From the human T2T-CHM13v2.0 reference genome, Homo sapiens, in assembly GCF_009914755.1 (NCBI RefSeq), contig NC_060935.1: a stretch of DNA of 64,000 nt; one strand, 5' to 3'. The stretch's first letter is position 1; the number at the start of each line of letters is the position of its first letter. Below the pieces are notes generated by a model that was not told the origin of the DNA, made no database searches, and worked only from the letters and a program-made list of their open reading frames with translations. Below are positions 1 to 11,925 of this stretch, piece after piece. The translations under genes and the position numbers were made by a program.

Positions 1-1904
1 CTGTCAGCTTCCCAATCACATTGTGCTGCTTCTGATCTTTGCAAAAAATGAGATAGTGGTGTTGCTGGGAATGGAGTGAGGGTGAAGGTGGGGGAGAAGG
101 TGGCAAGAGAAGAGGAAGTGGGAAAAAAATAGATGCACTTTGAAGCCTGCAATTAGTTTGTACTGTGTTATTTCCATAAAGTAGACCTCACACTTGAGAT
201 CTGAAAGGTAAATCATCGGAGATGTCAGAGCCTGACTATAAATAGCCAAGCTCCTGGGCTTATGGCTGCACCCTGGGGAGAGAGGCCGGCAGCGAGGTGC
301 CCTGCTGGGGCTCTGGGGGTCAGGGCCACACTCCCTCAACTCATCCTTATTAATGCCAACTCCCAGAGAATCTTGATAGCTATTTATGCCCTGATCAACT
401 GTAATTGCTGCACTCATCACAGGAAAACATCCTGCAGGAAGACTAACTTCACTAGACAAAGCTGCTGTATCCACCCAGTGGTTATAATCAAAAAGGTGTA
501 ATCACAGGTTCCTCCCAGGAGCTGCCATGAGATCCTCCCTCTGGCGTCTCCCTCATTCTAGGATCTGTTTGTCTGGGCTCATCTTCAGGTAGCTGCTCCC
601 AGCTTCCTCCTTGTAAATCAGACCATTCATCTCTCTGCCATGTCCACAGAAGGCCTGAGGAGGGACCAGGCCAGGCTGGTTTGCAAACAGAAGCTTGGGA
701 ATCTCCAAACACACGCCCCTTGGAACAGGCTCATAATCTGATGGCATCTGCGAGCTGCAGCTCAAGCCAAGACTCCATACTGTGGGCTTCCTTGCACCAG
801 CTCAGTGGCTTTCTCATCTGTGCATGTTCATTTATGTGCATGCATGCATGTGGGATGGGGCATGTCTGGGTGAGTTCATCTTCAGGTGCACCTTGCACAG
901 TCTCCGGCCTCCACTGATAATGTATCTCATACATACTATGTGCAATTATCTGTCAAATGCTACAAATGTTGCAATGAATAAAACACATTTTAAAGTATGG
1001 CTTTTTGTCATTACATGGTTTCTTGATGAATCGATACTTAGAGAAAAACTACTTTGATGTGGGAGATTTCAAGGTATTTTTAGCATTAGAAAGAAGAAAA
1101 ACATTGGGAACCATTGCTTTACTAAGCAAAAATCCACATGAAGCCATTACGATAGGGCTGTTTTTATGCTGTGCATATTTCAGAAATTTAATATAAAGAT
1201 TAAACTTGCAGCTTGCACAATTAACAAAATGTGCAAAGAGAACCTTACGCTGTTCCTGAGTCTCACTCTATCTTTGACTGTACCTCTCTCCATGTGCAGC
1301 CTACTGCACAGGACCAGGCACATAAGACATATCAGTCAGAACTTGTTGACATGTTCCTTCCCTGAGCCTCTCTGCCCATTTTAGATCCCTAGGTCATCTC
1401 TAACTTCAGTTTTTCTGATTCTTGTAAACATTGAAAGCCACCCAGGTAAGATCAAGTGGGGTTCAGCAAGAACAAAATTATGCCCCAAGCTCCTTGACCT
1501 TATGAGCATTTCAATGGTTTCAATGGTTTGATGAAGGGGGTGGAAATGTTGTGGGATGGGTCTAGCTTAGGTCCCCTTCATATGAGTGATCCCTCTACCG
1601 GAGGGTATATTGCAAAGTGCATGGGCTTTAGAGCAGAAAAATATGCATGCCCATCCAGGCCCATCCATTATTAGCAGCAATTAACCTTAGGCAAATCACT
1701 TAGCCTTCATTTACTTGTCTACAAAACACCGTTACTGTAGGCTAGGCATGTATGTACCTATTAATGTAAGTTCACTTCCCTTCTCCCTTATCGTTTGTCC
1801 AAAATTTGGTGAGTTTTTTGGTACTCCTAACTAATTTTGGGCAGCAGGCATAGTCCTTACCCTAAAGATAGACAGGTATAATGCAACTGGGCGAGTGATA
1901 TATG

Positions 1905-2075
1905 CAGGGCCAGTTTCATGGGTGTGTAGTCACTCAGTGCCCTGTGCTCAGAAGGACTCAGTCCGCAGTTTAAGGGACTGCTGTTACTGTCCTGAAGTTT
2001 TTCTTGAAACTTTTAAGAAAAGGACCTCTTACTTTAATTTTGCACTGGGATCTGAAAATTATGTAGCCAGTCTTG
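1905..2075 (+). mobile_element. MER53-like hAT MITE
   Basis: cagggccagtttcatggg...ttatgtagccagtcttg; 8-bp TSD gatatatg/gatatata. Confidence 0.75.
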
Positions 2076-2609
2076 GATATATACATACACAACACCCTTT
2101 AAGAACATACATGCAATGGACTTGTCAGCATGACCCAAGGACATGCGAGAATGCTGATGGAATACAATGGTAAGGAGAGGTTTCCTGGAATTGATCAGAA
2201 GAGGAAGACAATGAATGATAGAACTCAAAAATAATGAGAATTCAAAAGCACATTTCTCAGCATGTTCCATCCCAACAAAGAATAGGGCCCTTCTGCTCCA
2301 GCCTGGATCCAGAGAACTATTGGGCCCCCTAAGCAAGCTGTCCCCAAAACCTGCCCCTATTTTCAGAGGTTAAGTTTGCTCTCCTGAAATTGTTGAAAGT
2401 TTTGATTTGAAGAAGTGGCCTCCAATGGCTTCATTCCAAGCCCTAAAGTCTCTGCAATACCTAATTTGACTTTTGATTTATCTAAAATTGTCAAAACTGA
2501 TTAAATGTATGTTTTCTGCTCCTTTCCACCTGACACATCCACCTCTACCTGTCCCCTTTACCCAGGCTGTTTCCACATTAGGAATGTGTCTCTTTTCCTC
2601 CTGTTCATG

Positions 2610-2815
2610 TTTAAATCCTGGCTTTGTTTCTTACTAGCTGTGTGACTTTGGCCAAATCACTCAACCTCTCTGTGCCTCAGTTTCCTTATGTAAAAAATGG
2701 GGATAATAATAGAGCTGAACTCATAGGTTGTTGTGAAAATTCAAAAAGTTAATGCATATAAAGAGGTTGGAATCATGCCTAGCACCTAGAAAAGACTCAA
2801 TAAATGTTGTAATTA
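2610..2815 (+). mobile_element. MIR SINE
   Basis: Core ctagctgtgtgactttgg..ctctctgtgcctcagtttcc..aatggggataataatag. Confidence 0.85.
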
Positions 2816-3507
2816 TTATTATCAGCTTTTATCCCTACACAGCCCCATCTAACCTATCATGAAACCCTAGTTTCTACTGCTGAACACTCTCACATGTGCC
2901 CCAAATTCTCCATCTTCCTTTCATCACTTTACTGCAGGCCTCTGTCTCCTCTCTCTTGAATTCTGCTGCAGCTTCCAAACTGAATCCCAAGTTCCAATCC
3001 TCATCCTCCCCACAATGGCTAGCACACTCTTGGCATGCAGTAGGTGTTCAATATATATTGAATGAATTGGTTAGTGAATGAATGAGGAATGAAGGACAGC
3101 AGTAGAGTGGAAGTTCTAAAGGGCAAACCTGCCCACCTCTGTTCTGCTGAAACTCCTCAATGCTCAGAATAAAACCCAAACTCTTTAACTGAGGCCTTCT
3201 TGCTCTGGCTTCTTCTCAGTTCTTAAGCTTCCCCTCTCACTATTAACCTCTCTGTGGTCATGCCCCAGCTCCCCAGCTCCCCAGCTCCAGCACTGTGCCT
3301 GCGGGTTACCTTTCTCAGAACTGCTTTCTCTCCTTGGCCTTTGCTCATCTGTTACTCTCTCTACTGCTTCCCCATTGCTATCCTATTCCCACATCTGGCC
3401 ATCTCCTGCTCACCTCCCATAACTGAGCTTAGATGTTCCCTCCTGAATCCCCAAGGCTGTATCAAGTATCTCTGCTACACATCCCACAGTACATATTTCC
3501 CTTGTTC

Positions 3508-3812
3508 GTTTTCTTTTCTTTTTTTGAGACGGGGGTCTTGCTCTGTTGCCCAGGCTGGAGTACAGTGGTATGATCATAGTTCACTGCAGCCTCGACCTCC
3601 AGGAATCCAACCATCCTCCTACTTCGGCTTTCCAAGCAGCTGGGCCTACAGGTGTGCACCACCACACCCAGCTAATTTTAGTTTTATTTAAAAATAGAAA
3701 CAAGGTCTTACTATGTTTCCCATGCTGGTCTTGAATTCCTGGGCTCAAGCCATCCTCCTGCTTCAGCCTCCCAAAGTGCTGGGATGACAGATGTGAGCCA
3801 CCATGCCCGGCT
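3508..3812 (-). mobile_element. AluJ
   Basis: Full dimer in antisense with J-type features (gggctcaagccatcctcc). Confidence 0.9.
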
Positions 3813-3829
3813 GTGTTTCCCTTTTCCTT

Positions 3830-4800
3830 GGCAGTCTCTCCTACTAGAATTGAAACTCCTCCATGGTCAAGACTATGCCTTACTCATTTCCCTATTTTCA
3901 GTATCTATCACAGTTCCTAACATAGAATGGACATTTAATAAATGATGATTTATCAAATGAATGTTGCCCTGTAATTCCTTTCTTTCCATTCTGCCATTCC
4001 TCTGGATTGTAAGGATATCAATTGTGGGAGCCTTGGTTTATTCGTATTGGCTTGTGTATCCCCAGGGTCTAGCACAGTGCCAGACCCACCGTAGGCATGT
4101 AATGCATATTTATTAAATACATTAATAACTTTAAGATGTTTAAATTTGAGTCTATCAATCTATACATATTTATCATGTGCCTTTCACAGGCAAGATATCC
4201 TATTAGCATAAATTGCCAGACGATACACAGTGACAGGCTGAGGGAGAGGAAATTCCAGGCTGAGAAGACAGCATGGAGACAGATGGTGAGCTATTAAACA
4301 ACATGGAGACTTTGGGGGATGGTAGAAGGCAGTTAGGGTGGGGGAGTGTCATAGCAAGACATAAGATTGAAAGGGTTTGGACTCTAATCTATAAGTAATA
4401 GGGAGCCATTGCAGGTTCTTGAGGATGGGATAGACAAGGAACAGCCTAGGTTTCAGAATAACAATCTGAGGAGTAGAGGAAATCATGGATTAAGGTGGCA
4501 TGGGATGTGAGGCAAGGAGACCAGGCAGAGGCCACAGCAGCAGTGACAGGACAGAAAATATGAAAGTGGGGAAGGAGAGAGGTGGACTTAAAGGTGACCA
4601 CTGACTCCAGGAGGCAAGTAGCGTTGGCGAGTCTGAAGATGACTGGGGTCTAAACTTGGAGAGTAAGAGGATAGCAACACTGTCACTTTGGAGGAAGAGC
4701 AGGTTGATGGAGGCAAGTTTGAATGTGCTGCTGGGGAACAGGTAATGAGCTAGCGCTTGGATGCTTTGGGAGGGATGAACAGTCCCTGGAGTATTGCATG
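3830..4800. mobile_element. L2 fragments
   Basis: L2 3'-end motifs (ctagcacagtgcc, aataaatg..aatgaatg) and purine-rich L2 body; boundaries approximate. Confidence 0.55.
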
Positions 4801-6519
4801 GCAGGCAGCTGGAAACCAAGGCTCCAGGGAAGAGACAGGGTCAGCGGAGCTGCAGAGAGCAGTGAAATGTGGGCCCCTCATCTAGTACTACATCTCCAGG
4901 AAGGGGTGCAATTAAGGATGTCGGGACTTGAAGGGGAAGCAGGCAAACTGAAGGCTGCTCAGCTGCAGCCTTTCAGGGTAATGTTCACAAAATGTAATCG
5001 TTAGTGAACAGTGTTGGAAAACACCAAACTACAAAACCTGACATTTCTGAATAGCAGGCAAGCAGGCGAAGGGGGCTCCCACAATCAGGCTGGGCACCTC
5101 TGCTGCTTCCTTCAGAACCTAATTGAAATGCAATGCAGAAGGCACTTCCACCGAGGCAGGAGCAGGATGCTGTGGAGGAGCTGAGGGGGATTGCAAATGC
5201 CCTCCTGTCTAAGCATCCTGCTGTCCTGCATGAACAGGGGCTGGGGAAGGAGAGGGAGAGGGGGAGAACAGGAAGGGTTTAGTGGGGCTGCGGGATTCCC
5301 CCACCCCCAAAACATAGCACATAAAGAGGTAAGAAAGCCAAAGATTTCTGTCAATTGAGAAAGCTTCTGCAGCAACAGAGATATCAGCTCAGGAGCCAAA
5401 CTGCCATTTCTGCTTTAATTGGAGCCTCTCCGTGAAGGTTGGGAAAGCAATGAGAGAGGGGTGGTGGAGAGAGGGCGAGGGAGAGAGAAAGAGTCAGAAA
5501 CAGAGAACAAGCTGGAGAGAAACAGCAGCACAAGAAAAAGAGACAGCAAGAGATCTTCTGCAGAAGGAACAACCCTCAAACAGTTCCTAGGCAGCATCTC
5601 AAAGCTTCTTCTATGGGTCAGGTTGCTGGTTAGACCACAGGGGGAGGCCACATGTGTGGGGTGGCCCCTCCATGTGGGTGCACAGGTTCTGTACCGGGCG
5701 AGAAATGAGAAGGGGAGGGGTCTGAAGTTTATTAATATTCTCTTCCTTCTTTGTCATTTATTAAAAAGGTAAAAAAAATCCTTTTTCATTTTTTCTCCAG
5801 TGCCCTGACTACTTGTGAAGCCCACATAGTTTTCACTGCATCAGGGAAGCTCAGCCCACGGAAAGCCAGGGCATATATAGATCTAATAAAACCTAAGCCT
5901 CTGCAGCTTCCTCAGCTTTGCAGGTAACCGATGGAGCAGGGGCACAGCCCTTTCTGCCTCCACCCTGCCCAGGCCCCTTAACCCTGAGCTTTCCTGAAAA
6001 ACTGAGAGGTGCATCAGAGGCAGAGCCTGAAAGGAAAGAAATTTAACGAGGTGATAAGAAGAAAAGAAGCCGTGTGTGTGCATGTGAGTGCCTCAGTGTG
6101 TGCATGTGTGTGACACATAGAGAGAGAGAGAGATCACAGATTAGACATTATATAAGGAAGAGTGAAGAGGAGAAGGGGAAATAGAGATAAGGAATAAGAT
6201 ATAGACAGTGGGAAAAGGGCACACAAAGGCAGCATTTGAGCATAGCTAACATTTGCTTCTTGTGCCTGGTCTCCTAAATATCCACAGACTTATTAAAATA
6301 GAGTTTGAGAAAAGCCTTCAGGAATCACAAATTCAACCTTCATTTTACGGATGTAAAACCGGAGGCATTGATGCTCAGGGAAGCTAAGAACCTGTCTTGC
6401 AGTTACAGAACTTGTAGGCAAAGGTTAGGATTTGAAACTGGATTTCTCAGCTTTCGTATCTGTGCCCTGAGAGCCTAGCACAGTAATTTCTGTGGTTTGG
6501 TCTTGTGGATGTGTCATCA

Positions 6520-6770
6520 TAACTACCACTGAGTACTTACCATGTGCCAAGACCATGTGCCAAGTATTGCCTAAATACTTCACATATGTTACCTCATCTA
6601 ATCTTCACAACAAACTTAACAGATAAGTAGTAGTATTTTCCACATTTCAGAGTTGAGGAAAAGGCACAGAGAGGTCAAGTAGATTGCACAAGGTAGCAAA
6701 GCAGGTAAAAAGGAACGGGGATAGAAACAAAGGCAATCTGATTCAAGTGCTTATTTTTACCCACTTTGCT
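6520..6770 (-). mobile_element. MIR SINE
   Basis: acttaccatgtgccaag..aatcttcacaacaa..gaggaaaaggcacagagaggtcaagt. Confidence 0.8.
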
Positions 6771-7360
6771 AAGCCAACTCTCAATAACAAGGTAACAGGT
6801 GAGTAAAAAAGTCCATGTAGTTATTCTAATCAAAAGGCAGAGGATAGACCATTCTCTTTCCAGAATGCCAAAGCCTCTGAACTATGAAGGCAAAGAGAAT
6901 TTCTCATGGCTCCCCTGATGTCTCCTGGTTCATGTGCCTCACCCAAGATTACAGTTCAGTCTAATGTTCAGTCGGGAGGGTGGTCCATGTCCTCACCTCT
7001 CAATAGCACTGTTGCTGAGCCAGGCTTCATCCAGAATATGAGCTGCCTTCATGAACGCACAGAAGAACATGGACTGAGCATCTACCCTGGGGCAGGCCCT
7101 GTGGTAGTCACAGGGGACGGGGTCCTCATCAAGTTGACCCAGCAAAGAGCTTTTCCTCAACAATCTCTTAGTCTCTTAGGGGAGCTAATACATGTACACA
7201 AATAACTGTACCACAAACTAGAGAGTCGTAAGTAACACCAAGAAATATCCTGAGAGAGTGCTAAGAGGCTTTGGGGTGGGGCACCTGGGAGGACTTCATG
7301 CAGGAGATGAGCATCAACTTGGTTATCAAGGAGTCAACAGAATTTGGCTGTGCAAAGGTG

Positions 7361-7456
7361 GGAAGGAGATAAAATGGCATTCTCAGTAGGAGAAATGCTT
7401 GTGTAAAGGAAGGAGATAAAATGGCATTCTCAGTAGGCGAAATGCTTGTGCAAAGG
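7361..7456. repeat. 47-bp tandem duplication
   Basis: ggaaggagataaaatggcattctcagtagg(a/c)gaaatgcttgtg(t/c)aaa twice; 2 mismatches. Confidence 0.95.
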
Positions 7457-7477
7457 CTCAAAAATTTTAAAAAATGT

Positions 7478-7812
7478 GTGGACAGTCCCCAACTTACAAT
7501 GATCTGACTTAACAATTTTTCATCTTTATGATGGTGTGAAAGTATTATGCATTCAGTAGAAACCATACTTTAAATGTGGAATCTTTATCTTTTATATTTA
7601 TTACAATATTTTATTTTTATTTTTATAAAATAAGCTTCGTGTTAGATTTTGCCAAACTGTAGGCTAATGTAAGTGTCATGTTTAAGGTAGGCTAGGCTAA
7701 GCTATGATGTTCAATAGGTTAGGTGCATTAGATGCATTTTTGACTTAACAATATTTTCACTTTACAGTGGGCTTATTGGGATGTAACTCCATTCTAAGTG
7801 TAGGAGCATCTG
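7478..7812 (-). mobile_element. MER47/Tigger5-like TcMar-Tigger MITE
   Basis: taggctaggctaagctatgatgttc..., ending aagtgtaggagcatctg. Confidence 0.8.
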
Positions 7813-7994
7813 CAGAAGGATCTCAAAGGGCTTCCAAGGATGGGTGGAACTTCCTCAGAAGGGGACCCCCAGAACCACAATGCATTTTCCATTTCCTCCC
7901 AGTAAGATGACCTTTCAGTTCCAGCCCTGCACAAACAGGCCATTGGGAGGCACGCTGTGCTCAGAAAGGCCAGCATTTTATTAAGTGTATGTCA

Positions 7995-8195
7995 AACCCT
8001 GCATGCGCACTACCTCCTGCAAACCTCACAGCCACCCTATGCAATAAGTACAGTCATTATCTTCATTTTACAGACAAGAAGATGGAAGCCAGAAAGGTTA
8101 AACAGCTTACCGCAGACAGATGGCCAGTAAGGGGTGAGGCTGGGGCTCAACCCCAGGCAACCTGACAACAGAGCCCACACTTGAGACCACTGTGT
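7995..8195 (-). mobile_element. MIR SINE
   Basis: cattttacagacaagaagatggaagccagaaaggttaaacagctt. Confidence 0.7.
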
Positions 8196-9137
8196 CATTT
8201 TGCCACCTGTGTGGTCTTTGGAAACCGGCTCTTGGAAAGCAGGCACTTAGGAGGGCTGTTCTGTTCAGTCCTCACCTGGGAATGAGATTGAAACTAAATT
8301 ATAGCAATGACGAAGGGGCCACGGGCTCCCCACTGGGTTAGGAAACCTGGGATTCTGCACCTTCTGCAGGAAGCTGTGAAGTCTGTATGTGTGTTAATAA
8401 CACTTTGTTCCTAAAGGTTTCTAGGGACTATAGAGTGCTCATTCCAGCAAACTAAACATGCTTAAGGTGCAGATAATCTGTAGAGCTCTAGTTACACATA
8501 CCTAAGTGTTGATCAGCAGAAAGCTTGTGTTCATTTCTAAACCATGTCTAACATCTTAGCACTCTATTGTGAATATCTAATATATAAATTCCACCGTGGG
8601 GTTTCAATCCTAGAGAGCCTCTCGGTCTTTCTCCTTTCCCTCTCTCCCCCCTCCCCTTTCCACTCTCTCTTCTTCCTCTCCTCCTTCTTCCTTCTTTTCC
8701 TCTGCTGTCTTCCTCTCATCATGAGCTACTAGGGAATCACTCCAAAGTCCCAACAGCATTTACACAGAAAATTTGCATCTCTAGATTTTAGAACCCACTC
8801 CAGAACTGAACTCAGGGGCCCAGGATTCCCACAGCTCAAAGACTTGCTGACCGTCCAAGACCATGTCCTGTTTCTTTTCTGCGTCTTATTGGCTTACATG
8901 GAAAGAGAAGGTATTGAGGGGTGGCCAAGGCCTTAGGCTTGAGGATAAAGTGGTCAATTTGTGTTCTTCCATGTGAGCCATTTCACGTGTCTGCCAGAGA
9001 CAAGATCTGGGGCAGAATGAGGCCGGGAGATGACTCATCCCAGCTCACAGTGTTTCTAGGAGGGAAGCTGCTTGTCTTGAGGCCCAGCTGCCTCAACCTG
9101 GCACCTGCAGCCTAGAGCTGCTCCCTCCTTGCTGAAC

Positions 9138-9138
<1 letters not shown>

Positions 9139-9168
<30 letters not shown>
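9139..9168 (+). repeat. (CAG)10 trinucleotide repeat
   Basis: Counted directly; uninterrupted. Confidence 0.97.
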
Positions 9169-9169
<1 letters not shown>

Positions 9170-9722
9170 CCCAGCACTAGAAGCACCTGTGCCCCGTCAC
9201 CCCACCCCCATCTCCCCTCCCCCACCACCTGGGCACCTGCAGCTCTCTTCAGTAACTCCTTTCCAACCCGGCCAGTCTCCACCAGGGCTGCAGTTGATGA
9301 AATCTGGGAGCTATTTTGAAATTTCCCTTTTTTAAAAAAAGTCCAAACTGATTAGTTGATAATTACATGTTGGAACATCTGCTCTGATTTGTTTTATTCC
9401 TTCTATTTTGGAAAATTGGAATACACTGAAGTTTTGCCTTCTGGAATTGCCGGCCTGGCTCTTGGAGTGTGAGCAGCCCTCCCGCTCGGCAGCACCTGGC
9501 TGGGCCCACAGCCCAGCTCCCAGGGAAAAGCACAACTCTTCTGCCTGCGGTGGCAGCGCGTTGTACCTCCCCACCCCAACCTTGGCCTGGCAAGGGTTAC
9601 AAAACCTCACTCTCTGTTGTGACACTAGGAGCCTCCATTTGCCCTACCTGCCTCCAAAGTTTGGGGGTCCGTGAGGAGCACAGACTCAGCAGAGCCTGGA
9701 GCTGGATTGAGGTGGGGCATGA

Positions 9723-10093
<371 letters not shown>

Positions 10094-10459
10094 TACTTTG
10101 CTGGTTTCCTTCTGGAAGTACCTACACGCTCCCTGCCTCCTTCAGTAGAGGGCAGGCCCATACTTCCCAACACATGCTTGCTATTATTTAGAGGCTGAGG
10201 CTTGCTCAGGTTTGCTTATGGCAGAATCCTGGCATTGAAAACCATCGCATCTCCAAGCTCCAAGTGGCTGCCATTCGGAGGTGAGTGGCTGCTCAGAGCC
10301 TGAGAAGAGACACAGCAGGGTTGAGGACTTGCATGCTTACTGTCATCTCTTCATCAGTTAGCATTTCTAGACTGCTTATGCAGTACTAGGGGCTTGGCAT
10401 GAGAGGAAGGGGAAAGGCCATGAAGGTGAATCCAAAACAGACTGTACCCTCAAGGGGAT

Positions 10460-11454
10460 CATTGCTGCCTCTCTCCAATCCCTTCTCCATCTCGCAGCCA
10501 GAATGACCATTAAAATCTAAAACACAAATATGATTATGTTACTCGCTTACTTTTAAACCCTTCAATGGCTCCCTATTGCCTTTACGATAAAGTCCGAAGT
10601 CTTTTACTTGGCATGCACGGCTCTCCTAGGTCTGAGCCTGATTCCCCGGCCAGCTTCACCTTCCTCAGTCTTCATCCCGTCTCAGACCCCATGCTCCAGC
10701 TACACTGCCTCATTTGCAGTGCTCTGGATGGTCCCTGTCCTTTCTTGCTCATGTTGCCTTCACACATGCTGTTCCTTTCCCCTGGACTACTCCTCTTCCC
10801 TCTTCTCTTTGTTCCTTCACCTGGATCACTCCTATTTATCTCAAGTCTTCACCTAGATGGAAATTTCTCCAGCATCCTCCTCAATCTTTCCAAACTTCTA
10901 AGGGTTAGGTGCCCTACCCATGTGGTCTTGTAGCATTCTAAATTTCCTTTATGACTTGCATCATACTTTACTGACGCTGCCTGATTACCTATCCATCCTT
11001 CTGTCCAGATCAAAAGCCAATGGAGGACAGATACTACACTTTCATTATTGTACAATCTCAGGCAACTAGTGCAGTGCCTAACATATGATGGGGCCCTATA
11101 AATACAGTTGGCCCTCCATGTGCAGGTTCCACATCCAGATTCAACCAGCTGAATCAAAAATATTCAGAAAGAAAACAATAACAAAAAATGACACAACAAT
11201 GAAAATACAGTTTAACAACTATGTAGCATTTACATTATATTAGGTAATCTAAAATTTATTTAATGTACATAAGAGGATGTGTGTAGGTTACGTGCAAATA
11301 ATCTGTGATTTTAAATCAGGGACTTGAGCATCCGCAGATTTTAGTATTTGTGGGGTATGGGGAGTGGTCTTGGGACCAATCCCTAGTGGATACCAAGGGG
11401 CAACTGTAATTGTTGGGGATAAGTAAAAGATTGAATGAATGAATGAATGAATGA
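10460..11454 (+). mobile_element. L2 remnant ending in (TGAA)n, interrupted by MER2
   Basis: ccttcaatggctccctattgcc..., gcagtgcctaacatat, tgaatgaatgaatgaatgaa. Confidence 0.65.
11105..11406. mobile_element. MER2 (TcMar-Tigger MITE)
   Basis: TIRs cagttggccct / ggggcaactg with TA on both sides. Confidence 0.85.
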
Positions 11455-11520
11455 AGCAATGTTCAACTTATTAAGGTGATGACATTTCCACAAATAATTT
11501 AATATTGGGAAGTATTATGA

Positions 11521-11925
11521 TGTATCAGACAGGATAGGTTATATTATGCTGCAATAACAAGCAGCTCCCAAATTTCGGCATCATATAAGAACCAAAGGTT
11601 TGTTTCTTGCTCTCATTCTATTTCTACCATGGGCCAACAGAAATATTCTGCTCTATGGTGTTCTCATTTAAGAATTCCAGCCCTAGGAGAACCCCATCTC
11701 TGTGTTTCCATGATTGCTGATGTAGGAGAAAGAGGATACAATAAATCTTGCACTGGCTCTTAAAGTTTCCACTCTGAAGTGACACAAACAATTTCTGCTC
11801 TTATTTTATTGTTCAAAGCAAGTCACATGACCACACAGAACTTCAAAGGGGCCAGGGAAGTACAATCTGACCATATGTCCAGAAGGAACATTGGAAATAT
11901 TTATCAGCATTCATGCTCTTCACAG
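11521..11925 (-). mobile_element. Old MaLR solo LTR (MLT1J/K/L-like)
   Basis: tgtatcag..ataggttatattatgctgcaataacaa..gcaagtcacatgaccac. Confidence 0.65.

Noticed and set aside
5112-5800. Possible exon(s): donor AG|gtaaga near 5329 and acceptor ttctccag at 5800
   Set aside because: Isolated splice-like motifs with no consistent exon or homologous peptide; needs RNA data.
9129-9335. Poly-Ala/Pro-rich 68-aa ORF over the CAG repeat
   Set aside because: Non-ATG start, no convincing splice sites, no recognisable protein.
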